Under the pieces are notes generated by a model, which worked only from the letters and a program-made list of their open reading frames with translations, did no database searches and had not been told where the DNA came from. Shown here in pieces: positions 37,916 to 52,963 of a DNA stretch of 64,000 nucleotides (positions are counted from its first letter, which is position 1; each line of letters begins with the position of its first letter). This DNA comes from Alphaproteobacteria bacterium. Lineage in GTDB: Bacteria; Pseudomonadota; Alphaproteobacteria; CALKHQ01. The position numbers were made by a program, and so were the translations under genes. The stretch lies in contig CBDDFZ010000001.1 in the NCBI GenBank assembly GCA_965227515.1, positions 1,440,001 to 1,504,000 of the forward strand, given 5' to 3'.

Positions 37916-37986
37916 CGGACGGCCCGTCTTGTTTTTGTCACCCCCCGAGAAAGACGGGCCGGACGGCCCGTCTTGTTTTTGTCACC
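37916..37986. repeat. 27-bp direct repeat pair with internal inverted segment
   Basis: CGGACGGCCCGTCTTGTTTTTGTCACC at 37916-37942 and 37960-37986; AAGACGGGCC (37951-37960) is complementary to both. Confidence 0.9.
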
Positions 37987-38170
37987 ATTGTGGTCTTGTA
38001 TCGCGGCTGGCGGCGAGACGGAGACCCGTGGCGAAGGCCGGGGTGCGCGGGAGCGTGCCCAGCGCGGCGTGCCGGATGGGGTTCAGGACGACGTACTCCA
38101 GGGCGACACGCTCTTGGGTGTGACTGTCCGGGGCTCGGTCGAATGCCTGCCGAGACGACTCAGATTCCGC
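37982..38170 (-). pseudogene. Possible RAYT / IS200-like Y1 transposase C-terminal remnant
   Basis: Start-less minus frame ...RQAFDRAPDSHTQERVALEYVVLNPIRH... resembles the WQ..F.DR.....Y...NP..G signature. Confidence 0.35.
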
Positions 38171-38231
38171 ATCGGCGGCCGGCGTCCCCGACCTGGCGCG
38201 GCAAGCCGAGCGGCAGACTCAGGAGTACGCC

Positions 38232-39755
38232 GTGCGCTGGCTTTGCATCGCAGCTTCCCTACTCATTGCCGCCGGCCTTGTCGGCGTCGGCACGCCAGCC
38301 ATGGCCCAAAGCCTGTTCGGCGGCGAGGACGGCCAGTCCGGCGGACCGGAGACCCCACCCGAAACTCCGCCCGAGAACGGCAATGGCAGCGGCGGGCCTG
38401 ACGGTCCCGATGGCGATACCGGCAACGGCGACATGCTGGCGGACTCGCCGTTCGATGAAAGCTTGCTGGCGTCCGCGGTCGCGCTCGAAGTTGCGAACTC
38501 GGGTTGGGACGTCCGGCAGGTTGTCATCACCGCGCATGCCCAGGTCGGCACGCCCGACGATCCCCGTTACGAGGTCCGCTTCAGCGCCGAGGTGGCGCTG
38601 CGCGCCGACACCTACGCCATCGACCTCCAGGACGGCCAGTTCACCCTGGTGATCCCGGTGTCCGAGGCCGGCACCGCCAAGGAGTTGCTCGGCGCAGCCG
38701 ACGCCCAGCCCGCCGGCGACGGTTGGGACATCGACCTCAACCTGCAGAACCTGGACGTGCTCGACGGTTCGGGCATGCCGCTGTCGGCCATGAGCGGCCA
38801 GGTCATCGTGCGCGGTTCGGCGGAGGAGCAGTTCTACCTGGAGCGGATCGAGTCCGAACGCCAACAGGAGCACGCGCTGGAGATGGCGACGCTTGCGCGG
38901 GATGCGGAAGTGGCGGCGGCCCGCGAGGAGATGGAGCAGCAGGCGGCGGCGGCGGCCCTGGCGGCGATCGCCCGTGAGGAGGAGGAAGAGGCGGCGCGCG
39001 ATGCGGCGCGGCTCGCCGATCTGGAGCGCGAGGAGGCCATCATCAGCGCGGAGGCCGCGCAGGCGCAGGCGCGGGCCAACGAACTGGCGGCCGCCCAGGC
39101 GGCGCTCCAGGAGCAGGAGGCTGCGCTCGCCGACATGCTGGCATCCGCCGCCGCGCAGCGCGACGAGGTGCTGGCAGCGGTCGCGGAGCTGGAAGCCCAG
39201 GAATCGGCGCTGGCCGGCACTTTGGCCGAGCTGCAGACCAGTGTTTCGGTGCTGCAGGACCAGTTCCTGGCCGGGCTGGAGGACGACGACCGCCTGGTGC
39301 AGATGATGGCGGTCGAGTTGGCGATGGCCAGCGACGACCCGTCGCTGATCTCGCTGGGCTTCGAGGCGGCGCTGTCGAGCGGCGACCCGGCGCTGCACAC
39401 CTCGGCGCTGCGCCACTATTTCGAGATGCGCGATGCCTTGCCGGTGATGCTCTACCCGACCGAGCAGGATCCCGAGGGCACCCAGGCCTTCATCGATTCC
39501 ATCTCACCGGTCGTCTTGACCTGGAATTCCATCGACACCGCCACCGGCGATCTGTTGGGGGCCTTCGACCTGGCCTGGAGTTGCCCGAACGAGAACTTCT
39601 GCACCTTCAAGGCCGGGCAGATCGCCCAGTCGTCGCTGATAGCGTCGTCGGAACGGTGCCGGCTGGAGCTGTCGCTGACCGAAAACCGCACCCTGGACGG
39701 GGTGATGGACTGTATCGATTTCCCGCCGACCATCGCCCGCATCGTATTGGAGTAG
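38232..39755 (+). CDS. Hypothetical secreted acidic protein with central coiled coil
   Basis: RBS AGGAG, GTG start, signal peptide AMA-Q, Ala/Glu-rich heptads, Cys-containing C-terminal domain. Confidence 0.8.
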   Translation: MRWLCIAASLLIAAGLVGVGTPAMAQSLFGGEDGQSGGPETPPETPPENGNGSGGPDGPDGDTGNGDMLADSPFDESLLASAVALEVANSGWDVRQVVITAHAQVGTPDDPRYEVRFSAEVALRADTYAIDLQDGQFTLVIPVSEAGTAKELLGAADAQPAGDGWDIDLNLQNLDVLDGSGMPLSAMSGQVIVRGSAEEQFYLERIESERQQEHALEMATLARDAEVAAAREEMEQQAAAAALAAIAREEEEEAARDAARLADLEREEAIISAEAAQAQARANELAAAQAALQEQEAALADMLASAAAQRDEVLAAVAELEAQESALAGTLAELQTSVSVLQDQFLAGLEDDDRLVQMMAVELAMASDDPSLISLGFEAALSSGDPALHTSALRHYFEMRDALPVMLYPTEQDPEGTQAFIDSISPVVLTWNSIDTATGDLLGAFDLAWSCPNENFCTFKAGQIAQSSLIASSERCRLELSLTENRTLDGVMDCIDFPPTIARIVLE

Positions 39756-39758
39756 GTC

Positions 39759-40973
39759 ATGAAGACCCGACCCAAACTCTTGATCGCGCGCGCCGTGGCC
39801 GCTGCGGTGATGGCCGGCTTTGCCGGCAGCGCCGCCGCGGGCCAGGTGGAGACCGCCGACGGCACCGTGCTGTCCACGGCCGATGTTTCGCTGTCGGCCA
39901 GCGTACCGGCGTTGACGTCGGGCGACGGTGCTGCGGTGCCGGCCGCCGGCGTCCTGTTCGGGCCGATCGTCGTCAACGCGGGCGACCCGCTGGCCGCGCC
40001 CGGCCCCGGTATACCCGAGGGCTGGCCGTCGATCGCGGCCCCGCCGCCGGTGGTCGCCCTGGCGCCGCCGGACACGCCGGGAACCGGGGGCAATGACGGC
40101 GGCCCAGAGGTGGTTGGCCCAGAGGTCGCTGGCCCGGAGGTGGTTGGCGGCAGTGGGCAAGGCGGGCTCAATCGCCCGCCCGGTCCCGGAGACGTTGGGC
40201 CAGCCGACGGCCCTGGCAATAATCCACCTGAGGGCCCCCCTGGGGGCCCGCCGGGCGGACCCTTGCAGCCGCCGCCCGTCGGCAGTGTCGATAACCCGGT
40301 GGATGGCCCAGTGGTCGGGCCGGTGGACGGCCCCGTGGTGGGTCCCGAAGACGGCCCCAGTGAAGACGGTCCAGGCACGGGCCCCAACGTCGCGACGCTG
40401 GACCCGCCGCCGCAAGGCCCGAGCGGCAATATCCCCAATGTCCTCCCGCTGGAGGAAGCGCCGATCATCTCCGGCAGTTCCGGTCAGCCGGCGCAGGTCG
40501 GTCCGACGCCACAGACGTCCGTGCCGCTGCCGGACCTGGCGCCCATCGACCGGGTTGCCGCCGCCGATGTCGGCAATCCCAACGTGATCGGCAATTCGGG
40601 TGCGCCCGCGGTGGAAACCGGCGGGGTGCCGGTGGACCTGTACGCGGAGCCGGTCACCATGTATGCCACCACCGGCGCGCGCGTGCGTGCCGGGCCCGGC
40701 ACCAGCTTCGCGCAAGTGGGGACGGCCGCGTTCCGGCAGGCCGTGACGGTCCTGGGCGAGGCATCCGGCACCGGCTGGCTGTATCTGGAGTTGCCCGACG
40801 GTACACGCGGGTTCACATCGGAAAGCTTGTTGTCGGTCAACCAGCCGGCGGTGGCATCGCCGAACCCGGGGCCGAGCAATCCGCCCCCGCAGCAGGTCAC
40901 GCCGACTTGTCCGGCGGGTCAGGTGGCGGTGTTCCGCAACGACACGGAATACTTCTGCGTCACCCTGCAGTAG
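39759..40973 (+). CDS. Secreted Pro/Gly-rich protein with bacterial SH3 domain
   Basis: Signal peptide, GP-rich linker, ARVRAGPGTSF...GWLYLELPDGTRGF SH3-like motif. Confidence 0.8.
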   Translation: MKTRPKLLIARAVAAAVMAGFAGSAAAGQVETADGTVLSTADVSLSASVPALTSGDGAAVPAAGVLFGPIVVNAGDPLAAPGPGIPEGWPSIAAPPPVVALAPPDTPGTGGNDGGPEVVGPEVAGPEVVGGSGQGGLNRPPGPGDVGPADGPGNNPPEGPPGGPPGGPLQPPPVGSVDNPVDGPVVGPVDGPVVGPEDGPSEDGPGTGPNVATLDPPPQGPSGNIPNVLPLEEAPIISGSSGQPAQVGPTPQTSVPLPDLAPIDRVAAADVGNPNVIGNSGAPAVETGGVPVDLYAEPVTMYATTGARVRAGPGTSFAQVGTAAFRQAVTVLGEASGTGWLYLELPDGTRGFTSESLLSVNQPAVASPNPGPSNPPPQQVTPTCPAGQVAVFRNDTEYFCVTLQ

Positions 40974-41053
40974 CTGACGGCAACAGTCGAAAAAAGGGGC
41001 AACCGGCTGACTTCCGGCCGGCCGGGGCCGGGTGCCGCCGCACCTTTTAGGTG

Positions 41054-41082
41054 TTGACGGGGCTGGTCGCCCTACCTATAAC
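41054..41082 (+). promoter_or_regulatory. Sigma70 promoter of str operon
   Basis: TTGACG-N17-TATAAC. Confidence 0.7.
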
Positions 41083-41341
41083 ACCGGCTCTTCGGCGGCG
41101 CGGTCGTGGGAAGCCAAGGCATTGGCATGCCCAAACACGGGTCGGAAGTATCGAACCAAAGTTGCGGGTTGACCGCATACAGCGACGGCAACGCGGGCAG
41201 GATGGCGCGCGTGCGTGTCGTTTGCGTATTGCGGTCACGAAATTTGCCGCAGAGTTGAGCCCCGATGGGCTTGGCGTCACGAGCGGGCCTGTCGGACGGA
41301 CAGCCCGGGGCCGGGCGCTCGAAGAAAGGAATTGGGTCGGA

Positions 41342-42194
<853 letters not shown>

Positions 42195-42236
42195 GCGGCG
42201 CCCTCGGGCCCCGCTGACTGGAAACGGAAGCTGACC

Positions 42237-44312
<2,076 letters not shown>

Positions 44313-44424
44313 CAACGGAACGATCGAACGACGGCGCAGCCGCAGCATCGATAAGCAGTCGATGACCAATCGATGACCACGGGCCAGGCCAAGGCATGTG
44401 GTGCAGTGAAGAGGACTGAGGGAA

Positions 44425-45615
<1,191 letters not shown>

Positions 45616-45648
45616 CAGCGCGGATAGCGGACGCCCGGGACAAGAATT

Positions 45649-45963
<315 letters not shown>

Positions 45964-45978
45964 GACGGGAACCGGACG

Positions 45979-46782
45979 ATGCGCACAGGTCTTATCGCCC
46001 GCAAGATGGGCATGACACGGGTGTTCGACGACACCGGCAACCATGTGCCGGTGACGGTGCTGTCGCTGGACGAATGCCAGGTCGTCGGTCAGCGCACCGA
46101 GGAGAAGGACGGCTACACCGCGGTCCAGCTCGGCGCCGGCACGGCCAAGGTCAAGAACGTCTCCAAGGCCGAGCGCACCCGCTTCGCCAACGCTTCGGTC
46201 GCACCGAAGCGCAAAGTGAAGGAGTTCCGGGTCAGCGCCGATGCCCTGGTCGATGTTGGCGCCACGCTGTCGGTCGATCACTTCGTGGCCGGCCAGCACG
46301 TCGATGTGACCTCGGTATCCATCGGCAAGGGCTTTGCCGGCGCCATGAAGCGTCACGGCTTCGGCGGCCTGAACGCCAGCCACGGCGTGTCGATCAGCCA
46401 CCGCGCCCACGGCTCCACCGGCCAGTGCCAGGACCCCGGCAAGGTGTTCAAGGGCAAGAAGATGGCCGGCCAGATGGGCAACAAGCAGGTCACCACCCAG
46501 AACCTGCGCATTGTCGGCACCGACGAGACCAAGGATCTGATCCTGGTGCGTGGCGCGGTGCCGGGCGCCACCGGTGCCTGGGTCTATGTGCGTGACGCCG
46601 TGAAGCGCAAGCTGCCTGACGAGGCGCCGTTCCCGGCCGGCCTGAAGGCGGCCCAAGAGGCAGCCGAGGCCGAAGCTGCGGCGGCTGATGAGGCGGCGGC
46701 GGAAGACGTGGCGGTCGAAGAGACGGCGGTCGAAGAGACGGCAGCCGAAGAGACGGCGCCCGAGACGCCCAAGGACGACTGA
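45979..46782 (+). CDS. rplC: 50S ribosomal protein L3 with acidic C-terminal tail
   Basis: KMGMT, GKGFAG, GKKMAG. Confidence 0.98.
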   Translation: MRTGLIARKMGMTRVFDDTGNHVPVTVLSLDECQVVGQRTEEKDGYTAVQLGAGTAKVKNVSKAERTRFANASVAPKRKVKEFRVSADALVDVGATLSVDHFVAGQHVDVTSVSIGKGFAGAMKRHGFGGLNASHGVSISHRAHGSTGQCQDPGKVFKGKKMAGQMGNKQVTTQNLRIVGTDETKDLILVRGAVPGATGAWVYVRDAVKRKLPDEAPFPAGLKAAQEAAEAEAAAADEAAAEDVAVEETAVEETAAEETAPETPKDD

Positions 46783-46784
46783 AG

Positions 46785-47408
46785 ATGAAGCTGAAGGTCA
46801 TCACCATCGATGCCGGGGAAGCCGGCGACATCGACCTTGCCGACGAGGTGTTCGGGGTCGACGTGCGCCGCGATATCCTGGCCCGCGTGGTCAACTGGCA
46901 GCTCGCCAAGCGGCGTGCCGGCACCCACAAGACCAAGGGGCGGTCGGAGATCAGCGCCACCGGCGCGAAGCTCTTCCGCCAGAAGGGCACGGGCCGTGCG
47001 CGCCACGGATCGCGCCGGGTCAACATCTTCCGCGGCGGCGGGCGGGCCCACGGGCCGGTGCCCCGGGATCACAGCCACAAGCTGCCGAAGAAAGTGCGCA
47101 AGCTCGGTCTGAAGTGCGCGCTGTCGGCGAAGGTGGCCGACGGCACGCTGATCGTGCTGGATGCGGCCAAGCTCGACGAGCCGCGGACCAAGGGTCTGGT
47201 CGACCGCCTAGGCAAGCTCGGCTGGGGCCGCACGCTGGTGATCGACGGGCCGACCCCGGACGACAACTTCCAGCGCGCCGCGGCGAACATTCCGGGCGTC
47301 GACGTGCTGCCGAGCCAGGGCGCCAATGTCTACGACATCCTGCGGCGCGAGACCCTGGTGCTGACCCGCGACGGCGTCGCTGCCCTGACGGAAAGGCTGG
47401 CATCATGA
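46785..47408 (+). CDS. rplD: 50S ribosomal protein L4
   Basis: [11 protein letters not shown]. Confidence 0.98.
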   Translation: MKLKVITIDAGEAGDIDLADEVFGVDVRRDILARVVNWQLAKRRAGTHKTKGRSEISATGAKLFRQKGTGRARHGSRRVNIFRGGGRAHGPVPRDHSHKLPKKVRKLGLKCALSAKVADGTLIVLDAAKLDEPRTKGLVDRLGKLGWGRTLVIDGPTPDDNFQRAAANIPGVDVLPSQGANVYDILRRETLVLTRDGVAALTERLAS

Positions 47409-47728
47409 GAAGCCGCTACCAACGTTCGGTCTCGGTCAGCGACGATCGCATGTACCAGATCATCCGCAGCCCGGTGATCACCGAAAAGGCGACCATGGCC
47501 GGCGAGCACGGCCAGCTCACCTTCAAGGTGGCGCTGGACGCGACCAAGCCGGAAATCAAGCAGGCGATCGAGCGTCTGTTCGACGTCAAGGTGACCGCGG
47601 TCAATACCCTTCGCCAGAAGGGCAAGGTCAAGCGCTGGCGTGGCCGGCCGGGCCGCCGCCCCGACACCAAGAAGGCGATCGTCAGCTTGGCCGAGGGTGA
47701 GTCGGTCGACGTGCTGACCGGCATCTAA
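47405..47728 (+). CDS. rplW: 50S ribosomal protein L23
   Basis: [15 protein letters not shown]. Confidence 0.96.
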   Translation: MRSRYQRSVSVSDDRMYQIIRSPVITEKATMAGEHGQLTFKVALDATKPEIKQAIERLFDVKVTAVNTLRQKGKVKRWRGRPGRRPDTKKAIVSLAEGESVDVLTGI

Positions 47729-47756
47729 CCAGGACCAGATCGGCAGGATCAGATCT

Positions 47757-48587
47757 ATGGCACTGAAGCAATTCAACCCGACCACGCCCGGCCAGCGCCG
47801 GCTCGTCCTGGTCGACCGCGCCGGGCTCCACAAGGGCCGCCCGGTGAAGGCGTTGACCGAGGGCCTGACGAAGAAGGGCGGCCGCAACAATCTGGGCCGC
47901 GTCACCGCGCGGCGCATCGGCGGCGGCCACAAGCGGCTTTATCGCAAGGTCGACTTCAAGCGCGACAAGGTGGACGTGACCGCCACTGTCGAGCGGCTGG
48001 AGTACGACCCGAACCGCACCGCGTTCATCGCGCTCTTGAACTACGAGGACGGCACCCAGGCCTACATCCTGGCACCGCAGCGCCTCGCGGTCGGTGCGAC
48101 GGTGGTCTCCGGCGAACGGGTCGACGTGAAGCCGGGCAACGCCATGCCGCTGCGCAGCATTCCGGTCGGCACCATCATCCACAATGTGGAGATGAAGCCG
48201 GGCAAGGGTGGCCAGATCGCGCGCGCGGCAGGCACCTATGTGCAGCTGGTCGGCCGCGACGCCGGCAACGCGCTGTTGAAGCTGTCGTCCGGCGAGGTCC
48301 GCATGGTCCGCGCCGACTGCATGGCGACCATCGGCGCGGTGTCGAACCCGGACCAGGCCAACATCAAGCTCGGCAAGGCCGGCCGCAAGCGCTGGCTGGG
48401 CAAGCGCCCGTCGGTGCGCGGCGTGGCCATGAACCCGGTCGACCACCCGCACGGCGGCGGCGAGGGCCGCACCTCGGGCGGCCGTCATCCGGTGTCGCCC
48501 TGGGGCAAGCCGACCAAGGGCAAGCGGACCCGGAACAACAAGTCGACCGACAAGTACATCGTGCGCCGCCGGCGGGCGCGCAAGTAA
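47757..48587 (+). CDS. rplB: 50S ribosomal protein L2
   Basis: [21 protein letters not shown]. Confidence 0.99.
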   Translation: MALKQFNPTTPGQRRLVLVDRAGLHKGRPVKALTEGLTKKGGRNNLGRVTARRIGGGHKRLYRKVDFKRDKVDVTATVERLEYDPNRTAFIALLNYEDGTQAYILAPQRLAVGATVVSGERVDVKPGNAMPLRSIPVGTIIHNVEMKPGKGGQIARAAGTYVQLVGRDAGNALLKLSSGEVRMVRADCMATIGAVSNPDQANIKLGKAGRKRWLGKRPSVRGVAMNPVDHPHGGGEGRTSGGRHPVSPWGKPTKGKRTRNNKSTDKYIVRRRRARK

Positions 48588-48630
48588 TGGCCGCCCGTAG
48601 TCAGTCTGGCGGGGCGAGAGGAGTTCGATA

Positions 48631-48909
48631 GTGGCGCGTTCTGTCTGGAAGGGCCCGTTCGTCGACGGCTATCTGCTGAAGAAGGCAGAGAAGGCCCGCG
48701 AGTCCGGCCGCAACGAAGTGATCAAGATCTGGTCGCGGCGCTCGACCATTCTGCCGCAGTTCGTCGGCCTCACGTTCGGCGTCTACAATGGGCAGAAGTT
48801 CCTGCCCGTGCTGGTGACCGAGAACATGGTCGGCCACAAGTTCGGCGAGTTCTCGCCGACCCGGACCTACTACGGCCACGCGGCCGACAAGAAGGCGCGG
48901 AGGAAGTAG
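48631..48909 (+). CDS. rpsS: 30S ribosomal protein S19
   Basis: [15 protein letters not shown]. Confidence 0.99.
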   Translation: MARSVWKGPFVDGYLLKKAEKARESGRNEVIKIWSRRSTILPQFVGLTFGVYNGQKFLPVLVTENMVGHKFGEFSPTRTYYGHAADKKARRK

Positions 48910-48911
48910 CC

Positions 48912-49295
48912 ATGGGCAAGCAGGCGCGCGAACGCGATCTGGCAGAGAACGAGGCGATGGCCAAGGTCACCCGCCTTCGGGTCAGCCCGCAGAAGCTGAA
49001 CCTGGTGGCGCAGATGATCCGCGGCCAGAAGGCGCAGGAGGCGTTGGCCATGCTGACCTTCTCGCACCGCCGCATCTCCGGCGATGTGAAGAAGGTGCTG
49101 GAGTCGGCGATCGCCAATGCCGAGAACAACCACCAGCTCGACGTCGACCAGCTGGTCGTCGCCGAGGCGTCGGTGGGCAAGGACCTGGTGATGAAGCGGT
49201 TCAGGGCGCGGGCACGCGGCCGCATGGGGCGCATCAAGAAGCCGTTCGCGCAGCTCACCATCGTGGTGCGCGAAGTGGAAGAGGAGGCGGCCTGA
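48912..49295 (+). CDS. rplV: 50S ribosomal protein L22
   Basis: [18 protein letters not shown]. Confidence 0.98.
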   Translation: MGKQARERDLAENEAMAKVTRLRVSPQKLNLVAQMIRGQKAQEALAMLTFSHRRISGDVKKVLESAIANAENNHQLDVDQLVVAEASVGKDLVMKRFRARARGRMGRIKKPFAQLTIVVREVEEEAA

Positions 49296-49978
49296 TGGGC
49301 CAGAAGGTCAACCCGACGGGGCTGCGTGTCGGCATCAACCGGACGTGGGATTCGCGCTGGTACGCGGACGACGGCTACGCCGACCTGCTGCACGAGGACC
49401 TGCGCATCCGGAACTATCTGGAAAAGACGCTGTCGCAGGCGGGCATCAGCCAGATCGTCATCGAGCGGCCGGCGAAGAAGGCGCGGATCACCATCCACAC
49501 CGCACGTCCGGGCGTCGTCATCGGCAAGAAGGGCGCGGACATCGAGAAGCTGCGCCAGAAGCTGATCAAGATGACCAATTCGGATGTCCACCTGAACATC
49601 GTGGAGATCCGCAAGAGCGAGACCGACGCCAAGCTGGTCGCCGAGAACATCGCCCAGCAGCTGGAGCGCCGGGTGGCGTTCCGCCGCGCGATGAAGCGTG
49701 CGCTGCAGTCGGCGATGCGGCTGGGTGCCCAGGGCATCCGCATCCAGTGCGCCGGCCGTCTGGGCGGCGCCGAGATCGCCCGTGGCGAGACCTACCGCGA
49801 GGGCCGGGTGCCGTTGCACACCCTGCGCGGTGACGTCGACTACGGCACCGCGACCGCGCGTACCACCTATGGCACCTGCGGCGTGAAGGTCTGGGTCTAC
49901 AAGGGCGAGATCATGGCCCACGACCCGATGGCCCAGGACAAGCGCCTGGCCGATCAGCAGGCCAAGCTGGGCCGCTGA
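49295..49978 (+). CDS. rpsC: 30S ribosomal protein S3
   Basis: [16 protein letters not shown]. Confidence 0.99.
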   Translation: MGQKVNPTGLRVGINRTWDSRWYADDGYADLLHEDLRIRNYLEKTLSQAGISQIVIERPAKKARITIHTARPGVVIGKKGADIEKLRQKLIKMTNSDVHLNIVEIRKSETDAKLVAENIAQQLERRVAFRRAMKRALQSAMRLGAQGIRIQCAGRLGGAEIARGETYREGRVPLHTLRGDVDYGTATARTTYGTCGVKVWVYKGEIMAHDPMAQDKRLADQQAKLGR

Positions 49979-50017
49979 CGGTAACGGGCAGGCGAAGAAC
50001 GAACGGGATAAGGCGAC

Positions 50018-50437
50018 ATGCTGTCACCGAAACGCACCAAGTTCCGCAAGGCGCACAAGGGCCGTATCCACGGCAACGCCAAGGCGGGCTACACGCTGAA
50101 CTTCGGCTCCTATGGGCTGAAGGCGACCACGCCGGAGCGGGTGACCGCGCGCCAGATCGAGGCCGCGCGCCGCGCGATGACGCGCCACATGAAGCGCGCC
50201 GGCAAGGTGTGGATCCGCATCTTCCCGGACCTGCCGGTCAGCCAGAAGCCGGCCGAGGTGCGCCAGGGCAAGGGCAAGGGCTCGCCGGAGTTCTGGGCCG
50301 TGCGCGTCGCGCCGGGCCGCATCATGTTCGAGATCGACGGCATCCCCGAGGACGTGGCCGTGCGCGCGCTGCAGCTCGCCGCCGCGAAGCTGCCGGTGCG
50401 CACCCGCATCGTCAGCCGCCTGGCGGAGGCTGCGTGA
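50018..50437 (+). CDS. rplP: 50S ribosomal protein L16
   Basis: [16 protein letters not shown]. Confidence 0.99.
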   Translation: MLSPKRTKFRKAHKGRIHGNAKAGYTLNFGSYGLKATTPERVTARQIEAARRAMTRHMKRAGKVWIRIFPDLPVSQKPAEVRQGKGKGSPEFWAVRVAPGRIMFEIDGIPEDVAVRALQLAAAKLPVRTRIVSRLAEAA

Positions 50438-50643
50438 TGAAGGCGGGCGAGCTGAAGGGCAAGACCCAGGACGAGCTGCAGACCATGCTCGGCAACCTGC
50501 AGAAGGAGGCGTTCAACCTGCGCTTCCAGCGGGCCGGCGGTCAGTTGGAGAACACGGCGCGGATGCGCCAGGTCCGGCGCGACATCGCCCGGGTGAAGAC
50601 TGTTATGGCCGGTCAGCGCGCTGCGGCGCAGCCGACCGCCTGA
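50437..50643 (+). CDS. rpmC: 50S ribosomal protein L29
   Basis: [16 protein letters not shown]. Confidence 0.96.
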   Translation: MKAGELKGKTQDELQTMLGNLQKEAFNLRFQRAGGQLENTARMRQVRRDIARVKTVMAGQRAAAQPTA

Positions 50644-50657
50644 AGGAGCGAGCGAAG

Positions 50658-50894
50658 ATGCCGAGGCGTGTGCTGCAAGGGGTCGTGGTGGCCAAATCCG
50701 GCGACAAGACGGTGTCGGTGCGCGTCACCCGCCGGGTGCGCCATCCGATGTACAAGAAGTTCATCAGCCGCTCGAAGAAGTATGCCGCGCACGACGAGGG
50801 CAATGCCGTCGTCGTCGGCGACACGGTGCGCATCCAGGAATGCCGCCCGTTGTCGAAGCGCAAGTGCTGGGAAGTCATTGGCGACGAGGCCTAG
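50658..50894 (+). CDS. rpsQ: 30S ribosomal protein S17
   Basis: HPMYKK, CRPLSK. Confidence 0.98.
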   Translation: MPRRVLQGVVVAKSGDKTVSVRVTRRVRHPMYKKFISRSKKYAAHDEGNAVVVGDTVRIQECRPLSKRKCWEVIGDEA

Positions 50895-50927
50895 GCCGCG
50901 CCTGCCGACCGGATTGAGGATAGAACA

Positions 50928-51296
50928 ATGATCCAGATGCAAACCAACCTGGAAGTGGCCGACAATTCCGGCGCGCGCCGGGTGCAGTGCATCAAGGTCC
51001 TGGGGGGCTCGAAGCGCATGACCGCGGGCGTCGGCGACGTCATCGTGGTCAGCGTGAAGGAGGCCATTCCCCGCGGCCGTGTGAAGAAGGGCGACATTCA
51101 CCGCGCGGTGATTGTGCGCACCGCCAGCGACATCCGCCGGCAGGACGGCTCGGTGATCCGATTCGATCGCAACGCGGCGGTCCTGATCTCCAAGCAGGGC
51201 GAACCCATCGGCACCCGTATCTTCGGCCCGGTGACCCGCGAGCTGCGTGCGCGCCAGTTCATGCGCATCGTCTCGCTGGCGCCCGAAGTGCTGTGA
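50928..51296 (+). CDS. rplN: 50S ribosomal protein L14
   Basis: [15 protein letters not shown]. Confidence 0.99.
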   Translation: MIQMQTNLEVADNSGARRVQCIKVLGGSKRMTAGVGDVIVVSVKEAIPRGRVKKGDIHRAVIVRTASDIRRQDGSVIRFDRNAAVLISKQGEPIGTRIFGPVTRELRARQFMRIVSLAPEVL

Positions 51297-51323
51297 ACGC
51301 CGGACCCAGAGGACCGCTGAGCA

Positions 51324-51647
51324 ATGGCTGAGAAATTCAAGATCAAGAAGGGCGACCGGGTGGCTGTGGTCACCGGCCGCGAGACGGGCAAGCAGGGCGA
51401 GGTGTTGCGGGTGGACCGCGAACGCCGCCGCGTGCTGGTGCAGGGCGTGAACATGGTGAAGCGCCACACCAAGCCGAGCCAGGCGAGCCCGGGCGGGATC
51501 GTCGAACAGGAGGCGATGCTGCACATTTCCAACGTCGCGATCGTCGACCCGAAGACCAACGAGCCGACCCGCGTCGGCTACCGAACCCTGGGCGACGGCC
51601 GCAAGGTCCGCTTCGCCAAGCGGTCCGGCGAAGTGATTGACAGCTGA
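51324..51647 (+). CDS. rplX: 50S ribosomal protein L24
   Basis: KIKKGD KOW motif, HISNV. Confidence 0.98.
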   Translation: MAEKFKIKKGDRVAVVTGRETGKQGEVLRVDRERRRVLVQGVNMVKRHTKPSQASPGGIVEQEAMLHISNVAIVDPKTNEPTRVGYRTLGDGRKVRFAKRSGEVIDS

Positions 51648-51658
51648 GGCGCAGGGTC

Positions 51659-52201
51659 ATGGCAACCAGGCTTCAAGAGCAGTACGAGCAGAAGATCCGC
51701 CCGTCGATCATCGAGACGTTCAAGTATCCCAACGGGATGCAGGCGCCGCGATTGGAGAAGATCGTCCTGAACATGGGCGTCGGCGAGGCGGTGCAGGACA
51801 GCAAGAAGATCAAGTCCGCGGTCGAGGAGCTTTCCCAGATCGCCGGCCAGCGCGCGGTGGCGACCAAGGCCAAGCGGTCGATCGCCGGCTTCAAGCTGCG
51901 CGAGGGCATGAACATCGGCTGCAAGGTGACGCTCAGGCGCCACCGCATGTACGAGTTCCTGGATCGGCTGATCAACATCGCCTTGCCGCGCGTGCGCGAC
52001 TTCCGCGGTGTGAGCCCGAAGAGCTTCGACGGCCGTGGCAACTATGCCATGGGGCTGAAGGAGCAGATCGTGTTCCCGGAGATCAACTACGACCAGGTCG
52101 ACGAAGTGCGCGGCCTGGACATCGTGATTTGCACGACCGCGAATTCGGATGATGAGGCCCGCGAACTGCTGCGCGGCTTCAACATGCCGTTCTCGCAGTA
52201 G
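51659..52201 (+). CDS. rplE: 50S ribosomal protein L5
   Basis: [18 protein letters not shown]. Confidence 0.99.
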   Translation: MATRLQEQYEQKIRPSIIETFKYPNGMQAPRLEKIVLNMGVGEAVQDSKKIKSAVEELSQIAGQRAVATKAKRSIAGFKLREGMNIGCKVTLRRHRMYEFLDRLINIALPRVRDFRGVSPKSFDGRGNYAMGLKEQIVFPEINYDQVDEVRGLDIVICTTANSDDEARELLRGFNMPFSQ

Positions 52202-52216
52202 GGCCTGGAGGATCAG

Positions 52217-52522
52217 ATGGCGAAAGTCAGCGCCGTGATGAAGAACAAGCGCCGCAGGAAGCTGGTGGACAAGTACGAGAACCGCCGCAAGGCCCTGCGT
52301 GCCACCGTGCGCGACAAGGATGCCTCTCCGGAAGAGCGTTTCCAGGCGGTCCTGAAATTGGCGCAGTTGCCGCGTAACAGCGCGCCCTCGCGGGTGCGCA
52401 ACCGGTGCGAGCTGACCGGTCGGCCGCGCGGCAACTACCGTAAGTTCAAACTCTCGCGCATTGCTCTGCGCGAACTGGCATCGCGTGGGCAGATCCCAGG
52501 CATGGTCAAGTCAAGCTGGTAA
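52217..52522 (+). CDS. rpsN: 30S ribosomal protein S14 (long form)
   Basis: [16 protein letters not shown]. Confidence 0.98.
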   Translation: MAKVSAVMKNKRRRKLVDKYENRRKALRATVRDKDASPEERFQAVLKLAQLPRNSAPSRVRNRCELTGRPRGNYRKFKLSRIALRELASRGQIPGMVKSSW

Positions 52523-52538
52523 GGGGGAAGGTGCTCCG

Positions 52539-52937
52539 ATGAGTATGAGCGATCCTCTGGGCGACCTGTTGACCCGGATCCGCAATGGACAGCGGGCCCG
52601 GTTGCGGTCGGTTGATTCGCCGAATTCGAAGGTGCGGCGCAACGTGCTTGAGGTGCTGAAGCGGGAGGGTTACATCCGCGGGTACTCCGAGTTCAACGTG
52701 CGCAAGGGCATCGACCAGCTCACCATCGAGTTGAAGTATCACGATGGCGAGCCGGTGATCCGCGAGATCACCCGTGTGTCGACGCCTGGCCGCCGCGTCT
52801 ATTCGAAGATCAGGGACCTGCCGCGCGTGTACGGCGGCCTGGGTATTGCCATCCTGTCGACGCCGAATGGCGTGCTGTCGGATGAGGATGCCCGGTCGGC
52901 CAATGTCGGCGGCGAAGTTCTGTGTCACGTATTTTGA
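52539..52937 (+). CDS. rpsH: 30S ribosomal protein S8
   Basis: [18 protein letters not shown]. Confidence 0.98.
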   Translation: MSMSDPLGDLLTRIRNGQRARLRSVDSPNSKVRRNVLEVLKREGYIRGYSEFNVRKGIDQLTIELKYHDGEPVIREITRVSTPGRRVYSKIRDLPRVYGGLGIAILSTPNGVLSDEDARSANVGGEVLCHVF

Positions 52938-52963
52938 TGGCCCTGCGCGGGACGGAGGCTTGA

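Noticed and set aside
37916-37986. Mini CRISPR array
   Set aside because: Only two repeats, a 17-bp spacer that is partly the inverted repeat itself, and no cas genes
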